A stretch of 61,796 nucleotides of DNA from a virus (IMGVR_UViG_3300046171_000163:1-61796), one strand, 5' to 3'; counted from the stretch's first letter, positions 39,877 through 49,374 are shown. The notes: a model not told the origin generated them from the sequence alone. Translations and numbers: made by a program.

Positions 39877-40628
39877 CAGAAATTATTCCTACAAAATATG
39901 ATCGGCATTATCTTACAATCACGTATCTTCTCATTACGTTTTTTACATTAGGTTGGGTATGGCAATACATCTGGAACTTAGATCCACGATTAATCATTAC
40001 ATACATATTAGCTGTTCTGGTAGGAACACTAGGAACAAATGTTGGCTACCATCGATTGTTTACTCATAAAGCATTTCGCACGTCAAAGTTTTGGTATAAC
40101 TTTTTAGCTTTCTTTGGTGTGTATGGTACAGTTGCAGGTCCGGTAGGCTGGGTCGCGACGCACTTACACCATCACCGGCATCTTGGAACAGACATGGATC
40201 CACATACACCGTGGACCGAGGACAGCTGGTTTGTAGGCTGGCTAAGAACGTTTCTACCGTATTGGATGAACATACCGGAACCAGACCTAAAGTTGTTGGT
40301 GGGTGTTAGGCATCTGCTAGCTAATAAGTTTATTATGTTCTTGCATAAGTGGGCACCAATACAGGTCTACGGAACGGGGATCGTGATTTGGTTGTTGTTT
40401 GGTTTTGACTGGTTCTTACTGGCGTTTTGTTTCCCTATTGGTTACTCATTGATTAGTCAGTTTTTTGTTAACTGGTTTCACTACGACATTGACTTTGTAC
40501 ATAAAAATCGTAAATGGATAAATATAGTTATTGGTGGCGAAGGCAATCACAAAGAACACCACGAGCGACCACGTGATTATTCCAATGACTACCCAATAAA
40601 ATATTTTATAGACTGGATTAAGACATGA
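39873..40628 (+). CDS. Membrane fatty acid desaturase (delta-9-like)
   Basis: His boxes HRLFTH, HLHHH + DPHTP, HKEHH; TM helices. Confidence 0.85.
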   Translation: MTEIIPTKYDRHYLTITYLLITFFTLGWVWQYIWNLDPRLIITYILAVLVGTLGTNVGYHRLFTHKAFRTSKFWYNFLAFFGVYGTVAGPVGWVATHLHHHRHLGTDMDPHTPWTEDSWFVGWLRTFLPYWMNIPEPDLKLLVGVRHLLANKFIMFLHKWAPIQVYGTGIVIWLLFGFDWFLLAFCFPIGYSLISQFFVNWFHYDIDFVHKNRKWINIVIGGEGNHKEHHERPRDYSNDYPIKYFIDWIKT

Positions 40629-41365
40629 CTTGGTATCAAAAGTTCCCACAATATTATATTTCACTATGTTACATAGTTAGTGTTGCGTTATTTTTTACGT
40701 TTATATGGAATTATCTTGATTATAGGCTCATTTTGACGTGGCTGGTGTTACAATTCTTAGGTATGGTGGGCATAAACATGGCTTATCATCACCTGGTGAC
40801 GCATAAATCGTACAAAACGAACTGGTTTTGGAAGATAATACTAACATATTTTGGTGGTATCGCGACACAATCAAGTCCGAATGAGTGGGCATTGGTGCAC
40901 TTAACACACCACCGATACACTGACACGGAGCAGGACCCACATACACCTAATCTATCCGGCAATAAAATTATGGGAGTGCTGCGCGCGGCGCTGCCAATGT
41001 TTATGAACATCACGATAACAGATACGAAGGTTAATTTGATGGCGAAAAAAAGTTTTGATGACCCTATCTATCGGTTCTTTGACTATACCCATATGTTATG
41101 GTTTCATGGAACGTGGATCGGGATTTATTATTTATTTGGTTTTGATTGGCTTATGATAGCGTTTGTATTTCCGGTGGCGTTGTGTCATATCGGAGAAACT
41201 GTCATTAATTGTTTTCATTTTGATATGGATTCTGTCAGACGCCATGCCTGGTTTTGGAACATGTTGATTGTTGGTGCGGGATACCATGCTAAACATCACG
41301 ATACTCCAAGAGATTACACTACAGACTGGCCAGTGAGTAAAATTATTGATATGATAAAGACATGA
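40625..41365 (+). CDS. Second membrane fatty acid desaturase
   Basis: His boxes HHLVTH, HLTHH + DPHTP, HAKHH. Confidence 0.85.
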   Translation: MTWYQKFPQYYISLCYIVSVALFFTFIWNYLDYRLILTWLVLQFLGMVGINMAYHHLVTHKSYKTNWFWKIILTYFGGIATQSSPNEWALVHLTHHRYTDTEQDPHTPNLSGNKIMGVLRAALPMFMNITITDTKVNLMAKKSFDDPIYRFFDYTHMLWFHGTWIGIYYLFGFDWLMIAFVFPVALCHIGETVINCFHFDMDSVRRHAWFWNMLIVGAGYHAKHHDTPRDYTTDWPVSKIIDMIKT

Positions 41366-41631
41366 CTATACCACAAACTACAGGACACAAATACAAATAC
41401 GTCGGTAGTTTGAATATAGTTGATACAGATGAGAAATATATAAAGGAATTGGAAAGAACAGTGGAAGAGTATTTTGATTATTGGGATTTCTCTGTCCACG
41501 AATGGAAAGAAGTATTATGGCCAATGATAACAGCGTTAAAGCACGAAAACAGACAGTTGAAAGCAGAGATTGCGCTACTAAAGAAAGGAATAGAAAAAGC
41601 CAAAAGAATGACGAACCAGAAACTCGATTAA
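41362..41631 (+). CDS. Hypothetical protein with C-terminal coiled coil
   Basis: ATGA-coupled 89-aa ORF. Confidence 0.4.
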   Translation: MTIPQTTGHKYKYVGSLNIVDTDEKYIKELERTVEEYFDYWDFSVHEWKEVLWPMITALKHENRQLKAEIALLKKGIEKAKRMTNQKLD

Positions 41632-41700
41632 TACATTACGGGGATAACCCGAAATGGCGTCGATACTGGAGCATTGTTTTTAGGCGAATGAGATAGTAAT

Positions 41701-42399
41701 ATGGATTTAATAAATGTACAAAAATATGATTATCCGAATTCTACTCGCTCCATTCATAAGGGTAGCAGACATTATACTATTGCAGATGTTCTTCAAGGAC
41801 AGCCTCTTCCATCGGTCACTAGCATTTTGTCAGCGACTCAAGAAAAAGATAAAGCAGCTAGCCTGCAAAGGTGGCGAGATCGTGTCGGACATGCTAAAGC
41901 GGCTGAAATAACAAAGACTAGCGCAGCGCGCGGCACGGCAATGCATCTCTATCTAGAGAAATATTGTCTTGGTGAGGGCTACATGGACCTGACGGACCTT
42001 GGAATAGAAGCCAAGAAGATGGCAGAAAAGATCGTGGACCGCGGGATTGATAATAGGATCGACGAGGTGTACGGGAATGAAGCGACACTATACTATCCAG
42101 GACTATATGCAGGTAGCTGTGATCTTATTGCAAGATTAGATGGTGATCTATCAATCATAGATTTCAAACAGAGCAATAAACCAAAACAGAAAGAATGGAT
42201 TAAAGACTATGAGCTGCAAATGGCGGGCTATGCGATGGCTCATGATGCAGTTTACGGCACAAATATTGATAAATGTGTCAATATGGTATGTACTCCTGAC
42301 CTATATTATCAAGAATTTACGATTTCAGGTGACGAACTACGCGAAGCCAAGTATGAATGGTTAAGAAGAGTTGACCTATTTTACAGTGAAAGGGATTAA
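41701..42399 (+). CDS. PD-(D/E)xK exonuclease (Cas4/MGME1-like)
   Basis: LPSVT.IL, RGT.MH..LE, E..L....YAG..D, IIDFK, Y.LQ..GYA. Confidence 0.8.
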   Translation: MDLINVQKYDYPNSTRSIHKGSRHYTIADVLQGQPLPSVTSILSATQEKDKAASLQRWRDRVGHAKAAEITKTSAARGTAMHLYLEKYCLGEGYMDLTDLGIEAKKMAEKIVDRGIDNRIDEVYGNEATLYYPGLYAGSCDLIARLDGDLSIIDFKQSNKPKQKEWIKDYELQMAGYAMAHDAVYGTNIDKCVNMVCTPDLYYQEFTISGDELREAKYEWLRRVDLFYSERD

Positions 42400-42401
42400 T
42401 T

Positions 42402-42626
42402 ATGTATTTTGTAATAACAATATACTTGTTAATGGCAGGGACCAATGAAACAATAATGAGAGAATACACCGCTCAATCTTTTGAAGACACCTGGGCTTGT
42501 CATGCTTTTATACATAGAAACAAAATGGAGCTATTGACCCCACATATATTAAAACACGGTGATGATTTAAAAAGTTGGGAATTGTTTTGTGAATCTAGAT
42601 ATTTGAAGGATTTAGACGACGTATGA
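42402..42626 (+). CDS. Hypothetical protein
   Basis: 74 aa, hydrophobic N-terminus, two Cys. Confidence 0.45.
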   Translation: MYFVITIYLLMAGTNETIMREYTAQSFEDTWACHAFIHRNKMELLTPHILKHGDDLKSWELFCESRYLKDLDDV

Positions 42627-42763
42627 TAAACTATTTATTAGAAAAATTGTATAAATTCTTGTTTGAATCAGACTGGGATCAAATGCATGTAGATAAAATA
42701 ATTATAGTGATGTATGCAATACCATTAGTGTTGCTAATATGTCACACATTTACCAAGGTATAG
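42623..42763 (+). CDS. Small membrane protein (46 aa)
   Basis: ATGA-coupled, C-terminal hydrophobic helix. Confidence 0.35.
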   Translation: MINYLLEKLYKFLFESDWDQMHVDKIIIVMYAIPLVLLICHTFTKV

Positions 42764-42807
42764 TGGAGATTTGCCCCTATGAGTTACAAACAAAACAAAA
42801 ATTTCTG

Positions 42808-42907
42808 AAACAGGCGGTAGATTGGTAGATTTGATGTTAAAGTATTGTTTTTATTTAGCAAACAGGCTACCGCGTAGTCTACCGGCTACCGCCCAAGTTG
42901 GTAGATT
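42808..42907. repeat. Cluster of GGTAG/CTACC direct and inverted repeats (candidate origin or operator)
   Basis: GGTAG at 42816, 42824, 42900; CTACC at 42867, 42879, 42886; AT-rich flanks. Confidence 0.55.
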
Positions 42908-43008
42908 ATTCAATTTTTCCCAGTTTTTTCACACTTCGCACGCGCGCATATTTCTTACAAATTTTTTTACAGAGGAGGGTCAAAATCCCACTATACTAAG
43001 GAGGCATC

Positions 43009-43413
43009 ATGATTAAAAAGAAACAAACATTGACGGAGGTACACGAGGTACCAGCTAATGGTAGACCTACTGAAGTTAAAGTTGGTTATAGAACTATAAA
43101 AATTAAATACATAAACCCCAGCTTTATACTAGACGACATGACCGACAGCTACGGTGAGTACAGGGCCAGAGAAGGTGTTATTTATATACAAGATAAACTA
43201 TGCGGACAAGAGCGCTGCAACACTACGTGGCATGAAATACTACATGCAGTAGTTTATGTTTTCTCACTTAACCAAGCAAACGGCCCACTTAAAGAGGAAG
43301 ACGCAGAAGAATTGACTGTAAATACAATATCTAATGCTATGATGGGTGTATACAGGGACAACCCCTGGTTGTTAGACATGCTTAAAAAACATCTAAATGA
43401 AATCGATAGCTGA
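43009..43413 (+). CDS. HExxH metallopeptidase-like protein
   Basis: G...I.I.......TT.WHEILHA...EE. Confidence 0.65.
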   Translation: MIKKKQTLTEVHEVPANGRPTEVKVGYRTIKIKYINPSFILDDMTDSYGEYRAREGVIYIQDKLCGQERCNTTWHEILHAVVYVFSLNQANGPLKEEDAEELTVNTISNAMMGVYRDNPWLLDMLKKHLNEIDS

Positions 43414-43942
43414 AGATATACTTGAGTGGTCTGAGAAGTACCTAGAACCAAAGAATGAATACTTAGGAAATGTCCCGGTATGTCCTTACGCGCGCACAGC
43501 CAGACTCAAGAAAACTTACAGAATATTAGAATGTAAAAACTTTAATGCTTTCCAAGATGCCATAATAGAGGGAGCAAAACTAGTAAAAGATCCTGATATA
43601 CAGATAGTTATAGTTGGTTGTGCTGATATTAAATATGAACCAGAAGAATTAGATTCAGTCATAGATATATTAAATCGTGTGTTAGTTCCACAAGACGTAT
43701 ACCTGATGGGATCACATCCCTGGGACGAAGAAGAAGATCAACCTGTAGAGTTTTTAGAAACAGGAGAATGGGAACCAGAAAATGAGTTTATGATGGTGCT
43801 TATACAAAAATACGATGAACTAGAAAAAGCTAGTGACAATTTACGCAAAACTGGATATTATCGGCACTGGCCTAAGGACTATTACGAGGGCACAGTAAAT
43901 AAACGAAAATCTTATAGGAGATATCGACATGAAACCAGTTGA
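43397..43942 (+). CDS. Conserved hypothetical protein (DUF1415-like)
   Basis: W....LE.....L...PVCPYA; L..TGYY..W. Confidence 0.5.
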   Translation: MKSIAEDILEWSEKYLEPKNEYLGNVPVCPYARTARLKKTYRILECKNFNAFQDAIIEGAKLVKDPDIQIVIVGCADIKYEPEELDSVIDILNRVLVPQDVYLMGSHPWDEEEDQPVEFLETGEWEPENEFMMVLIQKYDELEKASDNLRKTGYYRHWPKDYYEGTVNKRKSYRRYRHETS

Positions 43943-44111
43943 TAAAAAGAAAAATCCCGGTTTAGCAAAATTGCCGACAGAAGTTCGTAATAAAATGGGC
44001 TTCATGAAAAGAGGTGGGGCTGTTAAGAAAAAAATTAAAAAGAAAAAACGTGCTGGCAAAATGGGTGGCGGCATGATGAAAAAAAGAATGAAACGTGGAG
44101 GTAAAGCATAA
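43929..44111 (+). CDS. Small very basic protein
   Basis: GLAKLP.EVRNKMGFMKRGG; Lys-rich. Confidence 0.6.
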   Translation: MKPVDKKKNPGLAKLPTEVRNKMGFMKRGGAVKKKIKKKKRAGKMGGGMMKKRMKRGGKA

Positions 44112-44281
44112 TGGCTAAAGATACACACGTAACTAAGGATGGTAGAACAGCTAAAAAGGGTTTGTACTACTACATGAACCAACGCAAAAAGAAAGGCACT
44201 AGCCGTAAAGGCAAAGGAACTGTTTCTGATAAAGCGTTAAAAGCATCTGCTAAAACTGCGAAGAAGCCAAAGAAAAAATAA
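44111..44281 (+). CDS. Small very basic protein (56 aa, absent from ORF track)
   Basis: MAKDTHVTKDGRTAKKGLYYYMN...SAKTAKKPKKK; coupled on both sides. Confidence 0.6.
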   Translation: MAKDTHVTKDGRTAKKGLYYYMNQRKKKGTSRKGKGTVSDKALKASAKTAKKPKKK

Positions 44282-44577
44282 TGGCAACTTCTAGGGGGCA
44301 AATACCGAAGACCACTACTGGTAAAGGTGCGAACTATCGCAAGACTAAATCAGGTGCAGGTATGACAGCAAAAGGTGTAAAAGCCTATCGTCGTGCTAAT
44401 CCTGGTAGTAAATTAAAAACAGCTGTCACTGGTAAAGTTAAGCCAGGCAGTAAAGCTGCAAAGAGACGTAAGTCTTACTGCGCACGATCAGCAGGTCAAT
44501 TAAAAAGGTCATCTGCAAAAACAAGAAACGATCCTAATTCTAGAATTAGACAGGCGCGTAGAAGATGGAAGTGTTAA
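44281..44577 (+). CDS. Basic protein, DUF6321-like
   Basis: GAGMT.KGV.AYRR.NPGSKLKTAVT...RRKSYCARS...RRRWKC. Confidence 0.65.
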   Translation: MATSRGQIPKTTTGKGANYRKTKSGAGMTAKGVKAYRRANPGSKLKTAVTGKVKPGSKAAKRRKSYCARSAGQLKRSSAKTRNDPNSRIRQARRRWKC

Positions 44578-44961
44578 ATGAAAAGATTAGATGTCAGTGA
44601 AAACACCGCCATCAGCATGCCGGCGCGCAACCTTCTTAGTATTATTGGCGCTTGTCTTGTTGGTGCTTGGTTCGGGTTTGGCGTCATTGAGCGACTTAAT
44701 ACTATAGAAACAAAAATACAGCTCATGGAGAAAGACTTGGAAGCTGCTAATACTTTTATTGACGGGGTCCCCAAAGGCGACATGGTCAGTCCACAAGTCC
44801 AAGAGCTCTACATGTTGGTTGAGTACCTTGCAGAAAGTACGGAAAAACTTAAAGAACAAATGGAAGGAGAAATACCTCTTATATTAAAAAATGAAATGGT
44901 TATACAGTTTCATGAAGAGAGGTTGATAGATTTAGAGGAACGAAAGAATGGGAATCATTGA
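44578..44961 (+). CDS. Membrane-anchored coiled-coil protein
   Basis: SENT.ISMP.RNL then TM then coiled coil. Confidence 0.55.
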   Translation: MKRLDVSENTAISMPARNLLSIIGACLVGAWFGFGVIERLNTIETKIQLMEKDLEAANTFIDGVPKGDMVSPQVQELYMLVEYLAESTEKLKEQMEGEIPLILKNEMVIQFHEERLIDLEERKNGNH

Positions 44962-45175
44962 AACAGTTATCATACTTAGTTTGTACGTCTATGACGGGGG
45001 CAATAAAAATATTGAAGGTTGGTATCACCAGGATAATTTAAGTACATGTCTCACAGCTAAACGCACGGCGGAAAGGAATTCCGGCAATCAAGTACAATAT
45101 ACTTGCAGTTTAGAAAAATGCATGATGACAATAGATCAAACCGGCGTAAAACATTGCGATAAAATAATAAAGTAG
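44948..45175 (+). CDS. Small Cys-containing protein
   Basis: Hydrophobic start, LS.CL..KR.AER, Y.C. Confidence 0.5.
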   Translation: MGIIETVIILSLYVYDGGNKNIEGWYHQDNLSTCLTAKRTAERNSGNQVQYTCSLEKCMMTIDQTGVKHCDKIIK

Positions 45176-45188
45176 TATAGTAATATAT

Positions 45189-46688
45189 ATGAATTTAGTA
45201 GGTTTCGGACTTACTGTACATGACAGTTCAGTAGCCGCATATAAAAACGGAAAGTTTTTATACAGAAAAGCAGAAAGACAATTTAAATCAAAACATGCTC
45301 ATGGTGATATGCATTGGGCCAAGTCTGTTTTAGATGAATGGGACATAGATGATTTTGAGTTAGCTGTTTCTACTTGGTTGTCTGGAAATAATTCACAAGA
45401 TTTTATTAGAACTGTTGAAGGCATAGTGTATATAGATCATCACTACAGTCATTTACTTTCTTCGAGTATTAAACAATGCAACAACTTAGTTTTAGACTCT
45501 TATGCTAAAGGTCCCGCAGATGTTCCTGACGGCCTTTCTCCTTACACCGGACTTCAAAACAAAACTAGAGTAAAAGAATTAAGCCCCTCTCAATTACTAA
45601 CACACATGATTAAATCCAGTAGTTTTGATCATGAAAAAGTTACTTATTCTTTTGAAGAAATATATGACATCGTAATAAATAAAGCTGTTGATTCTTACCA
45701 ATCAGGAAAAGATCCTTCTCTGTCTCCTGAGTGGCCTTTGTTTGTAAAACTTATAGACATTCCAGGAAAAGTTATGGGCCTCCAAGCTTACGGCAAACCT
45801 ATGCTTAATAAAGTTTCAGATTGGCTTCAAAGAACAAATTTTAGAAACCTTCAAGTTTCTTCTGAAATAGCTTTTATGCCAAAAGATGAAATGGATATAA
45901 ATTTTATATCAACAGTACATAGGTTTTGCGAAGAGTTAGTTTTAGAAAAAACTGCAGGCATGAGTAACTATTTTAGTTACTCAGGAGGGTTGGCACAAAA
46001 CGTTGTTTGGAATAGAGCAATGTTAGACAGGGGTTTGCATCCACATATAGATCCATGGGCTTATGATGGTGGTTGTAGCATAGGTGCTTTGCATTATTTG
46101 TTGGATAAACACGACATTGAGAGGCCAAATCATTGGGAACAGGACGACGAAGCACCACTTGGAGAGCCTGACGGGCCTTTATTTAAGCAAGTTGCACAAC
46201 TTTTAGCACAAAATAAAGTTGTTGGTTGGTATCAAGGCAACGGAGAAGTAGGACCAAGAGCACTTGGTAACAGAAGTGTTTTATTTAATCCTATGTATAA
46301 AGAAAACAAAGACAGAGTTAATAAAATAAAAAATAGAGAATGGTGGAGGCCTTTTGGGGCCAGTGTTAAAGAAGACGAAGCTGATAGGTTTTTTGATTTA
46401 CCTATTAGTAGACACATGCTTTTTAATTCTAATGTTAGGTATTCAGGAATACCTGCTGTCACTCATGTTGACGCTACCTGCAGACACCAAACAGTTCCAG
46501 AAACAAACCACACTTATTATTGGATGTTAGATGCTTTTGAACAAGAGACTGGATTACCAGTGTTGGGCAATACTTCATTAAATAAAAAGGGCAAACCTAT
46601 TTGTAGCACTGTTGAAGAAGCACTAGATATTTTTAAAACCTCTGAGCTTGATGCTATTTGTATAGGTGGAGAGCTTTACCAAAAATGA
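45189..46688 (+). CDS. Carbamoyltransferase (NodU/CmcH/TobZ family)
   Basis: HDSS, ER..K.KH, HH.SH, GKVMGL.AYG, SGG.AQN, D.G.SIG, E.GPRALGNRS, KNRE.WRPF, THVD.T.R.QTV, NTS.N..G.PI. Confidence 0.9.
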   Translation: MNLVGFGLTVHDSSVAAYKNGKFLYRKAERQFKSKHAHGDMHWAKSVLDEWDIDDFELAVSTWLSGNNSQDFIRTVEGIVYIDHHYSHLLSSSIKQCNNLVLDSYAKGPADVPDGLSPYTGLQNKTRVKELSPSQLLTHMIKSSSFDHEKVTYSFEEIYDIVINKAVDSYQSGKDPSLSPEWPLFVKLIDIPGKVMGLQAYGKPMLNKVSDWLQRTNFRNLQVSSEIAFMPKDEMDINFISTVHRFCEELVLEKTAGMSNYFSYSGGLAQNVVWNRAMLDRGLHPHIDPWAYDGGCSIGALHYLLDKHDIERPNHWEQDDEAPLGEPDGPLFKQVAQLLAQNKVVGWYQGNGEVGPRALGNRSVLFNPMYKENKDRVNKIKNREWWRPFGASVKEDEADRFFDLPISRHMLFNSNVRYSGIPAVTHVDATCRHQTVPETNHTYYWMLDAFEQETGLPVLGNTSLNKKGKPICSTVEEALDIFKTSELDAICIGGELYQK

Positions 46689-47248
46689 TTACTTGTATTG
46701 TTAATCCTTCTAGATGTGGGTCTACCCTACTACTACATATACTAGATAAATATTTTCGTCTTAAAAACACACCAAATTATTCTATGGAATATGAAATTAT
46801 TGATAATGTTTCAGGAAAACAAAAGATAAAAGAAAAAACAGGAACTAACTTTTTATTTAAATACCAATATTTATTCGTACACAAACCATTATTGGGAGCA
46901 GATAAATATATTGTAATAGATCGTAAAGATAAAGATGCCTGGGCTTATTCTTCTTATCATTCTTGGATTAATCAACATTGGCATGGAAAACTTGATGCAC
47001 AAAAACAATACATTTCAGATAAAAAATCTTTGCAAGTACATAAAGAAAACATGATTAATAATCTGGACTCTTGGCACAAAGAAAAGAATAGGTTGATTAG
47101 TCAAGGAGCTGTTAGTTTATGGTATGAAGATATTAAAGATTTATCAGCAAAAGAAATACTTATTTTGTGTGGATATGATGATGCAATGGAATTTAATAAA
47201 GATGATTTATATTTTAGGGGTGTCAGACTAGAAAAAGTTTGGTCTTGA
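46685..47248 (+). CDS. Sulfotransferase-like protein
   Basis: P-loop-like PSRCGSTLL, I...R.D....A.S, WYED; ATGA-coupled to the carbamoyltransferase. Confidence 0.55.
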   Translation: MITCIVNPSRCGSTLLLHILDKYFRLKNTPNYSMEYEIIDNVSGKQKIKEKTGTNFLFKYQYLFVHKPLLGADKYIVIDRKDKDAWAYSSYHSWINQHWHGKLDAQKQYISDKKSLQVHKENMINNLDSWHKEKNRLISQGAVSLWYEDIKDLSAKEILILCGYDDAMEFNKDDLYFRGVRLEKVWS

Positions 47249-47282
47249 TAACTTAAGATAACTATACTATATATTATTGTAA

Positions 47283-47807
47283 ATGGGCGTACCTAAAAAA
47301 CTTACAGAAATGCAAATGAAATTTGCGCAGTTGTTGGTAAACAACGAAGGACGTATGACACAAACAGAGTGTGCTAAAGAGGCTGGTTATGCTGAAGGCA
47401 CTGAAGCAGTCAAAGGTTCTGAGCTTACTAACCCTAATAAATATCCTTTAGTTGCTAAATATATTGGCGAGCTACGAGAAGAGAACCAGAAAAAATATTC
47501 AGTTACATTTGAGAAACACATAACAGAGCTAGCTAAGATAAGAGAAGCAGCATTAAACAAAGGAGCATTTAGTGCAGCAGCAAACGCAGAAGTTGCTAGA
47601 GGTAAAGCTGCAGGACTATACATCGAACAAAAAATAATCAGAACAGGTAAATTAGAGGACATGTCTATTGAAGAATTAGAAAGTAAAATGAAAAAGATTT
47701 ATGAAGAGAACAAAGTTTTAGTTGAAGGTGAGTACACTGTTTTAGCTAATGATAATTTAGAATACAACGGAGTTAAGCTTAAGGATGTTTTAGATGAAGA
47801 AGAGTAA
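47283..47807 (+). CDS. terS: Terminase small subunit
   Basis: LTE.Q.KFA...V......T.TECA..AGY...S.L...P.V..YI; AE..RGKA.GLY. Confidence 0.75.
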   Translation: MGVPKKLTEMQMKFAQLLVNNEGRMTQTECAKEAGYAEGTEAVKGSELTNPNKYPLVAKYIGELREENQKKYSVTFEKHITELAKIREAALNKGAFSAAANAEVARGKAAGLYIEQKIIRTGKLEDMSIEELESKMKKIYEENKVLVEGEYTVLANDNLEYNGVKLKDVLDEEE

Positions 47808-47937
47808 ACTTTATTCAGACCACACACCCGGACCAAAGAAAAGAACTTCTATTGGTAACAGTGTTAGATCAAGACCTAAAAATAAGCATAAGAAACGTAA
47901 TTACAAAAAATATAGAGGACAAGGAAAAAGAAGATAA
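47794..47937 (+). CDS. Small basic protein (47 aa)
   Basis: KKRTSIG.....PKNKHKKRNYKKYRGQG. Confidence 0.55.
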   Translation: MKKSKLYSDHTPGPKKRTSIGNSVRSRPKNKHKKRNYKKYRGQGKRR

Positions 47938-48608
47938 TGTTTACATCATACAGACACCCAGAAAACAAATCACCTGCCTATGTTATACATAACGCATTTG
48001 ATTCAGATTCTTGTTATACAATTATAGAGCGTTATAAAAACAACACAAGCAAAGCTACCCACGTTACTAAAGAAGGTGATTTAATTGGAGGAATTAATAG
48101 CACCAGAGACTCAAATGTTGCTTTTATTTCTGAGCCTGGGGTTATTGGTAAGATACAAGAATTTATTAAAGTGGCTAATCATATTACTGCTTGGAATTTT
48201 GATATTACTATGACTGAAGATATTCAGTTTACTAAGTATGGTCCAGAACAACATTACAGTTGGCATTTTGATGGTTTTGGAGACCATCATGCAAAAAGAA
48301 TTTTTTGTTTTCGTAATGATATGCCTGAAAACCCAGGATTAAAATTTACTTCAGCCCCACAGGCTATAGACACAGTTAGAAAAATATCTGCTTCAGTTGT
48401 GCTTAATGATGACTATTCAGGAGGAGAGTTCGATACTGCTTGGCTAGATGCAGATGATGGCCAACTTCCAATAAGAAAATCTACTTTTAAACCTAAAATG
48501 GGAGACATGATTATATTTCCTTCTCATATACCACATAGAGTACGTCCGGTCAGAGTAGGTACAAGATATAGTCTTGTTGTGTGGGCAGGAGGACCAGCTT
48601 TCAAATGA
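47937..48608 (+). CDS. 2OG-Fe(II) oxygenase, prolyl-4-hydroxylase/PKHD type
   Basis: R.S.V, QFT.Y...HY.WH.D, RKIS..V.L...Y.GG, G..I.FPS...HRV.PV..G.RYSLV.W. Confidence 0.85.
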   Translation: MFTSYRHPENKSPAYVIHNAFDSDSCYTIIERYKNNTSKATHVTKEGDLIGGINSTRDSNVAFISEPGVIGKIQEFIKVANHITAWNFDITMTEDIQFTKYGPEQHYSWHFDGFGDHHAKRIFCFRNDMPENPGLKFTSAPQAIDTVRKISASVVLNDDYSGGEFDTAWLDADDGQLPIRKSTFKPKMGDMIIFPSHIPHRVRPVRVGTRYSLVVWAGGPAFK

Positions 48609-48820
48609 GTAGTCCACATTGGTATAATACAAAAAAGCTAATACAAGTCTTGACTAGATTTACTGAGTCTGAAGAAGGCGGCGATGCAAAAGTTCAAATG
48701 TTATTGCCTGATGGTAGAAACCCTTTACAAAAAGAGTTTAACATCAAAGAAATTAAACTGGTTGAGAACAAAATCATAGGTTCTAAAGAGCGTTATAGGC
48801 TTATGATCTTAGTGGAATAG
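48605..48820 (+). CDS. Hypothetical protein
   Basis: ATGA-coupled MSSPHWY... Confidence 0.45.
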   Translation: MSSPHWYNTKKLIQVLTRFTESEEGGDAKVQMLLPDGRNPLQKEFNIKEIKLVENKIIGSKERYRLMILVE

Positions 48821-48825
48821 TTATT

Positions 48826-49209
48826 GTGAAAAATGAGTCGAAACTCTGGCAAAAACTAAAAAAATCTACACCAAATATTACATGGACACGCGTTGAATCT
48901 TGGGCATCTTTTGGCTTTCCTGACCTAGTAGGATACACGGAAAACACTGGCTTTTTTACTGTTGAGTTAAAGATAGTAAAAAGTAATAAAATTACCTTCT
49001 CACCACACCAAATTGCGTTCCACGTGAAACACCCAACCAACACCTGGATCTTGGCAGCGACCCTCGATCCACGCACCAATAAACTTTATGAATACTATCT
49101 CGAGCCGGGGTCCAAGGTCCGCGAGCTTGCGGCCGACGGCTTGCGTGCTTGCGGGCCCACCCGCCCCGCCTGTGAGCTTGAGCGCTTGTTGCTTGAGGCT
49201 TGTGCCTGA
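48826..49209 (+). CDS. VRR-NUC-like PD-(D/E)xK nuclease (possible resolvase)
   Basis: ESKLW..LK, TR.E....G.PD......F.VELK, SP.Q..FH. Confidence 0.7.
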   Translation: MKNESKLWQKLKKSTPNITWTRVESWASFGFPDLVGYTENTGFFTVELKIVKSNKITFSPHQIAFHVKHPTNTWILAATLDPRTNKLYEYYLEPGSKVRELAADGLRACGPTRPACELERLLLEACA

Positions 49210-49374
49210 GCCCTTGAGCGCTTGCGCTCGTAGTTCTCGCGCATCTGCTTGCGCCTCAGGTCTGCTTGTATCCTGTTCTTAACCGGGAACGCGCGTGGCG
49301 TTCCCAGAGGGAAGGTCCGGCCGCGCATTAGCAGCTGGACCCTGACAGGCTAAAGGATAAGAAAAGCCTGAATA

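Noticed and set aside
42822-43016. 64-aa ORF over the repeat cluster
   Set aside because: TTG start, no RBS, better explained as non-coding repeat DNA.
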